A stretch of 63,879 nt of DNA, the filler included, from Stramenopiles sp. TOSAG23-2 (Eukaryota): the NCBI GenBank assembly GCA_900128395.1. It is 3 parts of 3 records of this genome, joined end to end, with 100 filler letters (N's around TTAATTAATTAA, not from the genome) between each part and the next. Parts side by side here need not be neighbours in the genome. Positions count along the whole stretch, not along the records: positions 1 to 23,293 come from LT649491.1; positions 23,394 to 46,624 come from LT649492.1; 1 more part is not named here. One strand, given 5' to 3'. Below are positions 20,062 to 31,147 of this stretch, one piece after another. The first letter of the stretch is position 1; every line of letters starts with the position of its first letter. Under the pieces are notes generated by a model. The model ran no database searches, was not told where the DNA came from, and was given only the letters and a program-made list of their open reading frames with translations. Made by a program: the position numbers and the translations under genes.

Positions 20062-21063
20062 ATGACATCATTGAATCTTTTGTCGCGCCCACGGCGAAAC
20101 CGGGTAAATGACGCAATACGTAAATTTCATAGTGAAACATGGTTAGGTCCACAACACTTTGTATTGCCATTATTTATTCATGATTCGGAGGAAAATGTTC
20201 CTATATTATCGATGCCTGGATGCTCCCGTTTAAGTTTAAAAGGTATGATGGACGAGGTACGTGGAGCTGTAGAGGATGGAATCACTTCTATTGAATTATT
20301 TCCAGCTATTGCAGAAGAATTAAAAACTGCCGATGGCAAAGAATGTTATAATTCAAATGGTTTAGTTCCAACTGCAATAAAAATGTTGAAAAAGGAGTTT
20401 CCAAATATAGTGATCGTGACAGATGTAGCTTTAGACCCATATTCATCTGATGGTCATGATGGTATCGTTGATGCTACTTCAGGTAAAATTTTAAATGATG
20501 AAAGTGTCGCCGTCCTGTGCAAACAAGCCCTTTGTCATGCCAGGGCTGGTGCGGACATAATTGCGCCGAGCGATATGATGGATGGCCGTGTCGGTGCAAT
20601 ACGAAAAGCATTGGATAGTGAAAATTTCAAAGACATATTGATTTTATCTTATACCGCTAAATATGCATCTTCATTTTATGGACCATTTCGGGAAGCATTG
20701 GATTCAGCGCCTAAATTTGGTGATAAGAAAACATATCAAATGGATCCAGGGAATGCACGTGAAGCAATTCGGGAATTACAATGTGATGAGAGTGAAGGTG
20801 CTGATATATGTATGGTGAAACCAGCAATGCCATATTTAGATATTTTGCAACGACTTCGGCAAAATACGACATTGCCATTAGCTGCATATCAAGTAAGTGG
20901 TGAATATGCAATGTTAAAAGCTGCATCTCAAAATGGATGGCTAGAAGAAAAAAAAGTTGTAATGGAATCATTATTGTCCATACGACGCGCAGGAGCAGAT
21001 ATAATTTTTACATATTTCGCGAGACAAGCTGCAAGATGGTTAAAAGAAGACAAAATGTTTTAA
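20062..21063 (+). CDS. hemB: Delta-aminolevulinic acid dehydratase (porphobilinogen synthase), Asp-type (Zn-independent)
   Basis: RPRRNR, DVALDPYSSDGHDG, APSDMMDGRVGAIR, KYASSFYGPFREA, MVKPAMPYLD and AYQVSGEY. Confidence 0.97.
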   Translation: MTSLNLLSRPRRNRVNDAIRKFHSETWLGPQHFVLPLFIHDSEENVPILSMPGCSRLSLKGMMDEVRGAVEDGITSIELFPAIAEELKTADGKECYNSNGLVPTAIKMLKKEFPNIVIVTDVALDPYSSDGHDGIVDATSGKILNDESVAVLCKQALCHARAGADIIAPSDMMDGRVGAIRKALDSENFKDILILSYTAKYASSFYGPFREALDSAPKFGDKKTYQMDPGNAREAIRELQCDESEGADICMVKPAMPYLDILQRLRQNTTLPLAAYQVSGEYAMLKAASQNGWLEEKKVVMESLLSIRRAGADIIFTYFARQAARWLKEDKMF

Positions 21064-21397
21064 AAATATGCGAGAATCGTATGAATATTAATACTCGTAT
21101 AATATAATATATATATTATATATATATCATTATTTTATGATATTAAAATATAAATGTACGCGTATTTTAATTTTTTATTCCTACTCATGACAATTCGAGT
21201 ATATATAATTAATGCATTAAAGCATATGATAACTTTCCTACTCTCATATTAATTAAAATACTATAATACTCATGAAGTACTACGCACGATTTTATATGAA
21301 ATCATGCGCACCAGAAAGAGGCTGACGCCGCAGACTACACACGCGTACGAAGTACTTTATTATTAAATAATAATCATTTTAGTATCCACATTAAATT

Positions 21398-22957
21398 TTA
21401 CTCCTTTCCTTGTGCAGCATATCTATTTTCCCTATTTTGCGCTTGATATGCTGTAAATTTCTTTAAAGATTCTCGATCATGTATCCTACGTATACATTCT
21501 GCAACTACACCACCAATAGACACACGAACAATCCTATTATCAACCTTATTTTTTACTGCATGCCATTTCTCTTCTTCCGTTCGCAAATCAGGTATTGTAT
21601 TTGTAACTACTATTAAATCTAGCTCTTTCGCATTATTTAAACGTTCGTATGCATTTTCACTAAATAAACCATGTGTTGCAAAAGCAAATATACGCTTTGC
21701 ACCATTTCTTTTTAAATATGCAGCACGTTGTATTAAGCTCCTCCCTGTATCAATTAAATCATCAACAATGACAACGTCTTTACCTTTGACATTACCAACA
21801 AGATCAAGATTTGTTTTCAAAAGCTTTGGCTTATCACCATCTTCTACACCGCTAGCACTATTATCACTTCGTAAACGATGTGGGTATAAAACATCTGCCA
21901 TACGAAATTTACTATTGTCATCTCCTTCATGATCAGCCGTTTCTGGAATAAATAATGCAACACTAACATCCATTTTTTCCAGCTTGCCATCTTTCCAACG
22001 ATAACCACTACCCAATAAACCAGATTGAAAATCTCTAGTTTTTTTCGTACATGTTGGATTTGCACTAACTATCACAGCATCTTTGGAGACGATTGGTCTG
22101 AAATATTCGACGCCAGCATATGTTGCTTCAATACAATCAACCGGTGCACTATTTGCAAAAAAACCTTCAATTTCTCCTTGACCTGGTGGTTGTAGATCTA
22201 CCGAAACTATACGATCTACACCCATTGTTACCAACATTTGAGCTATATCCGCACTAGCAATTGCAGCAGTAGATTCTTTATTTTTGCTTCGTTGCATGCT
22301 TTGCCCACCTACTTCCAATTTGTAACCATAATATGGAATTACAGCCGTAATTCGTTTCGCAGATGCACGGCGAAAAGCGCTAACCATTAATAATAATTCC
22401 ATTAAATTATCATTTGTTGGTGGACAAGTTGGTTGTATAATGTAGCAGTCGCAGCCACGGACACTTTCACCAATACGTATATTAATCTCACCATCAAGAA
22501 ATTTGCCACTTTTTATATCTGACAAACGAGTCCCTAATTTTTTCGCAATTTCTTTTGCTAATTCTGGATTCCCACTACCAGCAAATAATTTAACGTGTGT
22601 ATCCATAATAGAAAATTTAGATTCACCAGTATCAGTTGAAGGAGATGGTGTTTCTATGACTGGTGATATCGCTTTGGCTGAGGTTAAAAAATTTCTATTG
22701 TCTGTGTCATTATTGTCGATGTCATTAGATTTCCAGTTGGAATATAACATACCTGATGAAGCTAAAGCAATAGCTGCGCCACCAATTATTATTTTTGTAG
22801 TATGATTATTAAAATTTGTATTTTTTTCATTACTAAAATATCTTTTACTATGTTTTACTTTTCTCTTCCGAAACAATTCCATGTTTCTATTCTTGTAACT
22901 ATAAACCCTCAGGGTTCTAATACTTTTCATGGGATACATATGTTTAAAAAACATCAT
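21398..22957 (-). CDS. Ribose-phosphate pyrophosphokinase-like protein with presequence and TM segment, degenerate active site
   Basis: KLFAGSGNPELA, ESVRGCDCYIIQPTC, NDNLMELLLMV, ASAKRITAVIPYYGY, VDDLIDTG and ATHGLFS. Confidence 0.85.
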   Translation of the reverse strand: MMFFKHMYPMKSIRTLRVYSYKNRNMELFRKRKVKHSKRYFSNEKNTNFNNHTTKIIIGGAAIALASSGMLYSNWKSNDIDNNDTDNRNFLTSAKAISPVIETPSPSTDTGESKFSIMDTHVKLFAGSGNPELAKEIAKKLGTRLSDIKSGKFLDGEINIRIGESVRGCDCYIIQPTCPPTNDNLMELLLMVSAFRRASAKRITAVIPYYGYKLEVGGQSMQRSKNKESTAAIASADIAQMLVTMGVDRIVSVDLQPPGQGEIEGFFANSAPVDCIEATYAGVEYFRPIVSKDAVIVSANPTCTKKTRDFQSGLLGSGYRWKDGKLEKMDVSVALFIPETADHEGDDNSKFRMADVLYPHRLRSDNSASGVEDGDKPKLLKTNLDLVGNVKGKDVVIVDDLIDTGRSLIQRAAYLKRNGAKRIFAFATHGLFSENAYERLNNAKELDLIVVTNTIPDLRTEEEKWHAVKNKVDNRIVRVSIGGVVAECIRRIHDRESLKKFTAYQAQNRENRYAAQGKE

Positions 22958-23293
22958 TGTTTGTTATTGAGTATGGTGATTTATTCTTGTTGTGTAAATC
23001 ATATTACATTATATTATGTCCACATGAACATAGTATTTACGTCTATATATATATGACTTATTTTAATTTATTCAATAATTTAGAATAATAAATGCACCAA
23101 GCACCCAACAAAATTAAAAAAAAAATGCCTGAATGGTGCAATGCCAATAATTTCAATAATACTGATGTAACTATTAATATTAATGAAATTAATATATGAG
23201 TTATAAGAATGGAATAATACCAGGTATAATATTCGGACTCTCTCGAAACATCTCGGACTGTTCCCACTTTCTTATACTTGTTAGTATAAGAAC

Positions 23294-23393
23294 NNNNNNN
23301 NNNNNNNNNNNNNNNNNNNNNNNNNNNNNNNNNNNNNTTAATTAATTAANNNNNNNNNNNNNNNNNNNNNNNNNNNNNNNNNNNNNNNNNNNN
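23294..23393. other. Artificial contig linker (44 N + TTAATTAATTAA + 44 N)
   Basis: Exactly 100 nt with a six-frame stop cassette; same structure at 46625-46724. Confidence 0.95.
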
Positions 23394-23679
23394 TATTAAC
23401 ACAGCATGGATTATAATTCCCAATGCTATTCCATTCTAAATCAATAATCATTTTTTATTAGCAGCACATGTTTTTACCAGGTATTTTTTTTTTTATTAAA
23501 ATGATGATGCACAAAAAAAGAAGATCCACAATCCACAACACAATCAAAAAATATTATATTATTTATCTCTTGAATTAGTCGGAACACACACGACGCTCAG
23601 GAGAGATCTTGAATGAGAACTAAAAACAAATAACATCGAAAACAAAGCAACAAAAAACCAAATCATCCATTCATTGAAC

Positions 23680-26600
23680 ATGCGTAATTACAACAACAAC
23701 AACAACAGGCGTCGTAATTACAACAACAACAACAACAACAACAACAACAGGCGGCGTAATAAGAAACCATATTTTCCAGCATTTATTTCCTATGACGAAA
23801 TGGAGCATGGAATAGAAAAAGGAATGTTGTTTCAAGGCCCTTTGCGAATCAATGGTAAAAATAGGCAACAAGCATTTGTAACCGTTGAAGGTCTTGATAT
23901 TGATGTATATCTTGATGGAGAAAAATCGAGAAATCGATCTTTAAATTCTGATTTAGTTGTTTTATCTTTTAATAAAGATAAATCTACATGGAAAGAAGTA
24001 AACACATTTAATGATAGTGATAAAACGAGCAGTAAAAGTAACAATAACCAAAATAAAATCAATAGCGAATCAGAGCAAAAAGCATTGTGGTGTCCACGTG
24101 TTTCCGCTGATGCATCGCAAGCATTTGCACCATATGAAAAACGTAATGGGTTGGAATTAACTACTTTAGCAAAAGAAAAAGTAGCAGAGATTAATTTATA
24201 TTGTAAGGAAAAAAATGTACAACCATCTGCAGTAGTAGTTTATATTAAAAAGCGATGCCATTTACCTGGTCATATTGGTGTATTGGAACCAATAACCAAG
24301 GTAGATAATGGCCAACCATTGGCAAGTAAAGATAATTTTGTTAGATTTAAACCTATGGATGTACGGTTTCCATTTATGATGGTACCAAGGTCACAAATAA
24401 ATAAAGAATTTCAAAATAATCCACATCAATTTTCCACAAATCTTTACAAAGTAAATGTAGAAGCAGAGAAATGGAAAGCGGAAAGTCGATTCCCATTAGG
24501 TTCATATGTGTGTACAGTTGGTGAAGCTGGTGATATTGAAACGGAAACTAGGGTTTTATTGGAAGAATTTGGTTTTGCAAGAAGAGGTTTAAATGGTGAC
24601 TTTAGTGAGGATGTACATAGTTGCTTGCGTTCATATCGTTTATTTAAAGAAGGTGATGAAGTGAAACATAAAGATGAATATTATGATACTGGATCATCAA
24701 AATCAGAATGGAAAATACCAGAGGAAGAATTTCAAAAAAGACGTGATTTAAGAAAAGAACGTATATTCACCATCGATCCAAGCACAGCGAAGGATTTAGA
24801 TGATGCATTGCACGTAACTGATATAGGAAATGGGAGGTATGAAATCGGTGTTCATATTGCAGATGTTAGTTACTTTGTACGACCAGATAATGCATTGGAT
24901 AAAGAAGCATCAATACGCGCGACGACGGTGTATCTTGTTCAAAAATCGTTGCCTATGCTTCCTCGATTGCTTAGTGAAAATTTATGTTCGTTGAATCCAA
25001 ATGCAGATCGTTTAGCATATTCATGTATATGGACGATGAATGATAAAGGGGAAATGGTTGATAAGGAGCCATGGTATGGCCGTACTATCATTCGCACATG
25101 TTGTCGATTGGATTATGCAAATGCGCAAGATATGATTGATGATAAAATAAAACCAGCAGATGCATTTGTGAAAGATGATGGTGTGAACAAAGTGAAATGG
25201 CCGGTCAATCGACGTCCGCAAGATGGACACAAACCTGAAGATGTGATAAATGATGTGAAAATCATGCATAAAATTGCAATGGGTAGGAGGCGAAGACGTT
25301 TTGCCAGCGGTTCTTTAGCATTGAATCAAGCTAAATTATGTTTTAAGCGTGATAAAGATGGACGTCCAATAGGTGTATTTACATATCCAATTAAAGATTC
25401 AAATAGATTGGTTGAAGAATATATGCTGTTAGCAAATTATTTAGTAGCGGAGAAATTGATTTTAGGATCAGGTGGTTTAGCACCAATACGAAGACATCCA
25501 GCACCTCTTAAAAAGAAGTTATATGAATTTACTAATAAAGTCATGCAACGTGGATACCATTTAAATGCTGCGACTGCTGGTGATTTACAAAAATCATTAA
25601 ATGAAGTACAAAAATTTAATTCAGACCCCATGACTGTTACTGCATTAATAAAAATGGCTACGAATCCAATGAAACCTGCTGTATACTTTGCTGCTGGTAC
25701 GCTTGCAAAGCAAGAAACGTGGAGACATTATGCATTAAATATACCATATTACACACACTTCACATCTCCAATTCGTCGTTATGCAGACGTCATGGTACAT
25801 CGTGTTTTAACTGCAGTATTGGAAGATAATGTTGATGAATTAGGTCTTTCCGTGTTTGATATTGAAGATGTTTTAGAACATTGCAATGAAAAGAAAGCAA
25901 AATCTAAAGAAGCACAAGATAGATGCGATCAAACTTTTTTTTGTTTATATATACAAGGACGAGATATAATAGCAGAAGCATGTGTTGTTGATTGGGGGGA
26001 TAAGTCGTTTGAATTGTTTATACCTGAATATGGTGTAAGTAAACGTGTTCATGTTGATGATTTAAAATGTAAAATGAAAACGAAAGAAGACTCGTTTGTA
26101 TTATCACCAAAGGATGATGAAGATAGTGGAAAGAAACATACGAATAATAACAACAACAACAACAACAATAATAAAAAATCGGCGAATGATGATAATAATA
26201 ATAATTCTGCTCCTCCATCGGCACCTACTACGGTAGCAACAAAAACTAAACCACTAGTACCAGATTCAAAGTTAAAAAAATTAGATAGAAATGAAAAAAA
26301 TGCTGAAGTAGATCAATTGGATGATGAAATGAGAAAATTAACAGTTTCACAAGCAAATAGTAATTGGGGCAAAAGTGATAATGATATTGCTGCGTTGCCA
26401 AAATTCAAACCTGGTAGTGATATTCCTGTATTTACATTGCCGAATGAATTGACAGGTATCATGGAAGAAGTGCCTGCTGAAATTTTAGGACGTGCAGTTA
26501 AATTTGGTGTCAATGTCATTTATGTACGTGATTTAAATGGGAAAAAAGTTGAAATGATGATACCAAGCATGAATACTTTTGTTGAAGCTCCAAATACAAC

Positions 26601-26910
26601 TAAAAAACAAAACAATAATAAGTTTAATAAAGGTAATGGTAAGGGTAAATATTCAAAAAAGAAAAGTAATAATGTGAAAGGTAGTGCGAAGAGAAACAAT
26701 TCTAATTATGGCGATGAAAGTAAAAAAGGTGGTGGTAATCAACGCAATGGAAAAATGGGAGATGGTGTATTAACGGAACCAACAACAATAAAAATGTTAA
26801 AACGTATGAAAGTACGCCTATACATGATTAAAAGAGTACCAGTTGATTTTGGTGTTGAAATATTAGATATTTATGATTGGGATCCAATCGGATATGGTGG
26901 TGAGAAGTAA
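23680..26910 (+). CDS. DIS3L2: DIS3-like exonuclease 2 (RNB family)
   Basis: No PIN domain; cold-shock region GPLRINGKNRQQAFV, RIFTIDPSTAKDLDDALH, LVEEYMLLAN and HYALNIPYYTHFTSPIRRYAD. First ATG at 23680. Confidence 0.92.
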   Translation: MRNYNNNNNRRRNYNNNNNNNNNRRRNKKPYFPAFISYDEMEHGIEKGMLFQGPLRINGKNRQQAFVTVEGLDIDVYLDGEKSRNRSLNSDLVVLSFNKDKSTWKEVNTFNDSDKTSSKSNNNQNKINSESEQKALWCPRVSADASQAFAPYEKRNGLELTTLAKEKVAEINLYCKEKNVQPSAVVVYIKKRCHLPGHIGVLEPITKVDNGQPLASKDNFVRFKPMDVRFPFMMVPRSQINKEFQNNPHQFSTNLYKVNVEAEKWKAESRFPLGSYVCTVGEAGDIETETRVLLEEFGFARRGLNGDFSEDVHSCLRSYRLFKEGDEVKHKDEYYDTGSSKSEWKIPEEEFQKRRDLRKERIFTIDPSTAKDLDDALHVTDIGNGRYEIGVHIADVSYFVRPDNALDKEASIRATTVYLVQKSLPMLPRLLSENLCSLNPNADRLAYSCIWTMNDKGEMVDKEPWYGRTIIRTCCRLDYANAQDMIDDKIKPADAFVKDDGVNKVKWPVNRRPQDGHKPEDVINDVKIMHKIAMGRRRRRFASGSLALNQAKLCFKRDKDGRPIGVFTYPIKDSNRLVEEYMLLANYLVAEKLILGSGGLAPIRRHPAPLKKKLYEFTNKVMQRGYHLNAATAGDLQKSLNEVQKFNSDPMTVTALIKMATNPMKPAVYFAAGTLAKQETWRHYALNIPYYTHFTSPIRRYADVMVHRVLTAVLEDNVDELGLSVFDIEDVLEHCNEKKAKSKEAQDRCDQTFFCLYIQGRDIIAEACVVDWGDKSFELFIPEYGVSKRVHVDDLKCKMKTKEDSFVLSPKDDEDSGKKHTNNNNNNNNNNKKSANDDNNNNSAPPSAPTTVATKTKPLVPDSKLKKLDRNEKNAEVDQLDDEMRKLTVSQANSNWGKSDNDIAALPKFKPGSDIPVFTLPNELTGIMEEVPAEILGRAVKFGVNVIYVRDLNGKKVEMMIPSMNTFVEAPNTTKKQNNNKFNKGNGKGKYSKKKSNNVKGSAKRNNSNYGDESKKGGGNQRNGKMGDGVLTEPTTIKMLKRMKVRLYMIKRVPVDFGVEILDIYDWDPIGYGGEK

Positions 26911-27036
26911 GAAGTGAGAAGGAGGGGGTGGGGGGGGGGATTATTCGATTAAATATGATAATATTGATATTTTAAAATACTAGTCTATATATAAGTAACA
27001 TACTTATATATCATATTATATGATATATATTTATTT

Positions 27037-27579
27037 TTACGACATTGGCACTACTTGTGCATTGCTTGTGGGCTGTTGAACAAATATCACAGTAGGGTCG
27101 TTAGGATCAACAAATGCACCATTTGCAATTCCATTATTTGTGACTTCTTGTGCAAATCTTCTACTATCTTGTCTACCACGTTCCATTGACATGAAAAATA
27201 TAGGTAAAAAGGTTCCACAACCACCGTTGTTAAAATTAAATTTAAACTTGAAATCAGAGGTTGAACCAACGACAACAGGAGAGCATTTACCACTTAAATT
27301 ATTAGCACCAAATATAGGCTGATTAAATTTTTCTTCTGTAATGTTTGTTATAGGTAACCGGAAAGAGACGAACTGGAGACCACGTTGCGTTGTAATTTTC
27401 TTAGCAACAAAAAATATTGAATGAGAAGTAAGAAATAAAGTGCCATTTCCACTAAATTTACCAGTTTCCTTTGCTTCTACTGAGAAGCTAATTCCAGCAC
27501 GTGACAATAAGAACACTTCGTTTGCATCCTCCGGTGTGACTGGGATGCCATTTGACGCGACAGTTGGGTTAAATGCCAT
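27037..27579 (-). CDS. WBP2: WBP2-like GRAM/PH-domain protein
   Basis: GTLFLTS, FNQPIFGANNLSG, FNNGGCGTFLPIF and AFVDPNDPTVIFVQQP. Confidence 0.85.
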   Translation of the reverse strand: MAFNPTVASNGIPVTPEDANEVFLLSRAGISFSVEAKETGKFSGNGTLFLTSHSIFFVAKKITTQRGLQFVSFRLPITNITEEKFNQPIFGANNLSGKCSPVVVGSTSDFKFKFNFNNGGCGTFLPIFFMSMERGRQDSRRFAQEVTNNGIANGAFVDPNDPTVIFVQQPTSNAQVVPMS

Positions 27580-27630
27580 TGCGTTGATGTTTTACTTCTT
27601 CTTCTTTCGTAATCTCAATTTTCATATGTG

Positions 27631-27662
<32 letters not shown>

Positions 27663-28667
27663 AATAAAATAAATGTTAAATGTTGTGCATGCAACTAACA
27701 ACTAAAAACTAAAAAAAATATTATTGGAAAGAGAAAATTAAATTTCCTAAAAAAAACCGACTCTTTTTAAGGAAATTGACTCGGTAGTTTTCCATTAATT
27801 AAGCCAAATATTTTAGTACCTGTACTATTTGAACAGCCATGGTAATTTACTTTATTTTATGATAAATAAATATTAAGTATATTAATTTAAATATTATAAT
27901 AAATATGTTTTTTGTTTTTATAAATATTTATTATATATATCATATGTATGTATAATATACGTAACAAATGTGATTCCGATGTATTAATTAATATATGATA
28001 TGAACATACTATTGTGTCATTTTAGTCATTAGAAAAACAGATTAAAAGTTTTATAAACATTTTAAACTACAAGTAATAATAGTTCATAATGTAAGAAAGT
28101 TTTATCCTATATAAAAACTTCTATCCACAAATTCTTATTTCTAATCTTTTTTTCGTTGTTGGTGGTTTTTACATGAAACTACGCACCTACATGACACTAT
28201 TTTAACATTATGGCGACAAATGCCAACCACACATTAGTGCATTAGACATCTGCAACATCTCAGGGATCCCATTTATGCAATTAAAGATTACGCGTCAATA
28301 GATTTTTCCTACCTCATATTTTACTTTTAAATTTAACGGTATTGCCGTACTAGTATCATACTTAAAAAAATTTATAAAATAAAATCTTTAATTTATAAAT
28401 ACCTTGTCAGTACATAAGACGGAAATAAGTGCCTCGAAAAAGTGGGCAGTGGTTGGGATAGGAGTAGGGTTTAATTTAAGTACTACATTAGTGTACTAAT
28501 ATATGCATATTTGATAGTGAGTTACTGGTATTGCAAAAATCGGATATTCTTAGTAAATTCATCAAAAGAAGTATTGGCTATTTTTGGATTTTTTGCATTA
28601 CCAGTACAAAATATTTCTCTATTAAAAAACACCAAACTGGCAAACAAACTACAGTAAAATCCATTAA

Positions 28668-29222
28668 AAACTACTACTACTAAAAACTTTCTTACAAGAG
28701 AGCTTTGTCGAGAGCGGGAAGAATACTTCGGAAACCTTGACGGTCAAGTCCTGGGAGCTGGCAGACCTGCTGTGGCAACGCTGCGGGCCTTGCATTCCTC
28801 CGGAGCTGAGGGAGCAGGGGGCTACGGCACTTGTCCCTGGAACTTACCAAGCGCAGTGCATTGTCCCAGTGTTTCGCTTCATGCGCTACAGTGCAGGGCA
28901 GGGCTTTCGGCCTCACCACGACCCAACACGGCTGCTGCGCCGCCATCCCCGAACGCAAGAGAGTGGTACGTATCGTACTCTGGTGACCATTGCACTATAC
29001 CTGAACTCAGGCAACGAGATGGACGGCGGCGCTCTCAGCTTCTTGCGCGCTGCAACGGGGACGAACGGGCGTAAAGGGTTCGAATCCATCGCCAGCGTTG
29101 AGCCGGCCGCCGGACGGGCTGTCATCTTCCCCCACAATCAACTCCACGAGGGCGGCGAGCTGGCGGGTGGCGTGAAGCACATGTGCCAATGCGACGTGCT
29201 GTACAGGCGGGTCGGGGACTAA
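28668..29222 (+). pseudogene. GC-rich 2OG-Fe(II) oxygenase (P4Hc-like) fragment lacking a 5' ATG
   Basis: FRFMRYSAGQGFRPHHD (HxD), TIALYLN, GGALSF, GRAVIFPHNQLHEG (distal His) and GVKH...DVLY. The frame is open back to a TAA at 28665-28667 with no ATG before the domain. Confidence 0.75.
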
Positions 29223-29539
29223 TATATATATTTAGATATATAAAAATTACGAACGTATATTATATTACCAGGTACATATATATATATATTACGACGAGTA
29301 TCTTTATTAAATAATCCAGACCCTTTTGTTTTATTTTTATTTTTATGATATCTTTTTTGATGTGCATGTTTTTTATAATTAAATTTACGCATAATTTATT
29401 TTTAATTTACTCATGATAATTTATAATATATCAAGAGACATCTGTATGTTTTGTATGATATGTGTGTATTTGTAATAAATATTCAGTTATACAATAACCG
29501 ACATACCATATTTCCTTCTTTTTTATCTTTTTAATTATT

Positions 29540-30319
29540 TTACAATAATATTTCAGTGGAAAAACTTGAAGGGATATCAGGAAATGCAGTTGCGCCAATA
29601 CTAATACTGCTGCTACTACTGCCACTATTAATATTATTTTTTTTATCATTTATTCTCTTTCGTTTCTCTAATTTACGTTTAACTATTGGACTTGCAGAGT
29701 TTAATGCGGTAGCCAACATGTTTAAACCATCTTTTTCTACATTATTATTATTATTATCAATGCGATTTGCATTTCGTTTCCTTTTTTTTTTTCCTTTTTT
29801 ACTACCAGTTGGAGGAGTTGTTCTATCATCAGATTTATTTTTTTCATTATGTGGATCAGCTATAGTTATGGTTACTTCTTTTCCTCGATAATCTCTTGGA
29901 TAAAAATTTACATCTCGTTTACAAGTGCGTTTATGCCTAGATAAACCGGATACATGGGCATACGCGCGTTTACAATATGGACATTTATGTTTCTTTATAA
30001 GTGGTTGCCCTCTACATTTATGTTTAATAAAGTTGCATTGCCATCGAAATACTTTTGCACATTGTGTACATTCCCATCTTTTGTTTTCATGGACATTTTG
30101 TGTATGTGCTCTTACCATTTCTCTTGATGAAAATGTTTTGCTACAAATCTCACAGGCAAATTTTCTTCCTTGATGCACATTTAAATAGTGCCTTTTTGCA
30201 TCACTTTTTTGCGAAAATGTTTTATTACAACCAGGATGTTGGCAAACGGCTCGTTCAACTTGACGTCCACTTATAGGATCTAACATTGTAGTCAACATAA
30301 TTGACGTTTTTTTTGGCAT
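29540..30319 (-). CDS. C2H2 zinc-finger transcription factor (about 4 fingers)
   Basis: CQHPGC..F....H..H, CEIC..H..H, CTQC..HKC and CPYC..HKRTC; basic NLS; GLNMLATA motif. First ATG at 30319. Confidence 0.9.
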   Translation of the reverse strand: MPKKTSIMLTTMLDPISGRQVERAVCQHPGCNKTFSQKSDAKRHYLNVHQGRKFACEICSKTFSSREMVRAHTQNVHENKRWECTQCAKVFRWQCNFIKHKCRGQPLIKKHKCPYCKRAYAHVSGLSRHKRTCKRDVNFYPRDYRGKEVTITIADPHNEKNKSDDRTTPPTGSKKGKKKRKRNANRIDNNNNNVEKDGLNMLATALNSASPIVKRKLEKRKRINDKKNNINSGSSSSSISIGATAFPDIPSSFSTEILL

Positions 30320-31147
30320 GATAATACTAACCAATATATAGTATTTTGATGAAGACTAAGAAAATCACAAAATCACCAATAATAAAAGATTAATAATATA
30401 TATAAACTGTTTGGGGGTGTTGATGAGATGGCACGGAAAATGGTATGGTTATGATGGAGGGCGAAAGCAGCAAGAAGAAACTATACAAATTTCTTTTTTG
30501 TATCCACTTGATCTCACATACACACATATAACGCGCACACGCACACACACACTGATCTCTATTCACACATTCTACTTTTGCTTCTATATTTTTTCATAAA
30601 TGAATTCAATAATCCTCCCACTGACCACACCACAATAATCATAAAATACACAGAGTGCACCATGCTATTCACATGCTAAATAGTAATAGTTGGCAAAGTG
30701 AAAAGGGAAGCGAGACGTATCAAAACCAGTGAGAACGTAAAACTGGTTATTCGCAACCTTTTTCCAGCTTTCTTTAATAGCTTTGCACCCCTCTATTGCA
30801 CTTTTCCTGGATTTTCCTTAATCCTTTTTCCTAAATCCTTAATATATTCTGTAAAAGTGATAGGAATATGTCGATTAGTGTACTATAAGTGTACCAACAG
30901 TAGGTAGGATCGACGTCTCCTCGTTTGTAGAACAACCAAAATTATAGAAAATACAAGAGAGATGTGTGTGTGTGTAAGTGTGCATCTGTTTGAAGAAGGC
31001 AAAGAAACGCAAGATATGGAAAAAACAAGGAGAGAAGTAATAGTATAAGAAGAAGAAGAAGAAGACAAAACTATATATACGGAGAGATTAACTCTGTCTC
31101 TCACACATACGCATACGTATATATGTATATATATAGAGAGAGCTCAA

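Noticed and set aside
23338-23349. TTAATTAATTAA palindrome inside N runs (also 46669-46680)
   Set aside because: Symmetric 44N-12-44N six-frame stop linker added during assembly; not biological.
23686-23760. Poly-Asn (AAC/AAT) tracts here and in many CDSs
   Set aside because: Genome-wide low-complexity feature of AT-rich protists, not locus-specific.
28692-29189. Multiple overlapping ORFs in the GC island
   Set aside because: Expected from stop-codon scarcity at high GC; only the oxygenase frame has motifs.
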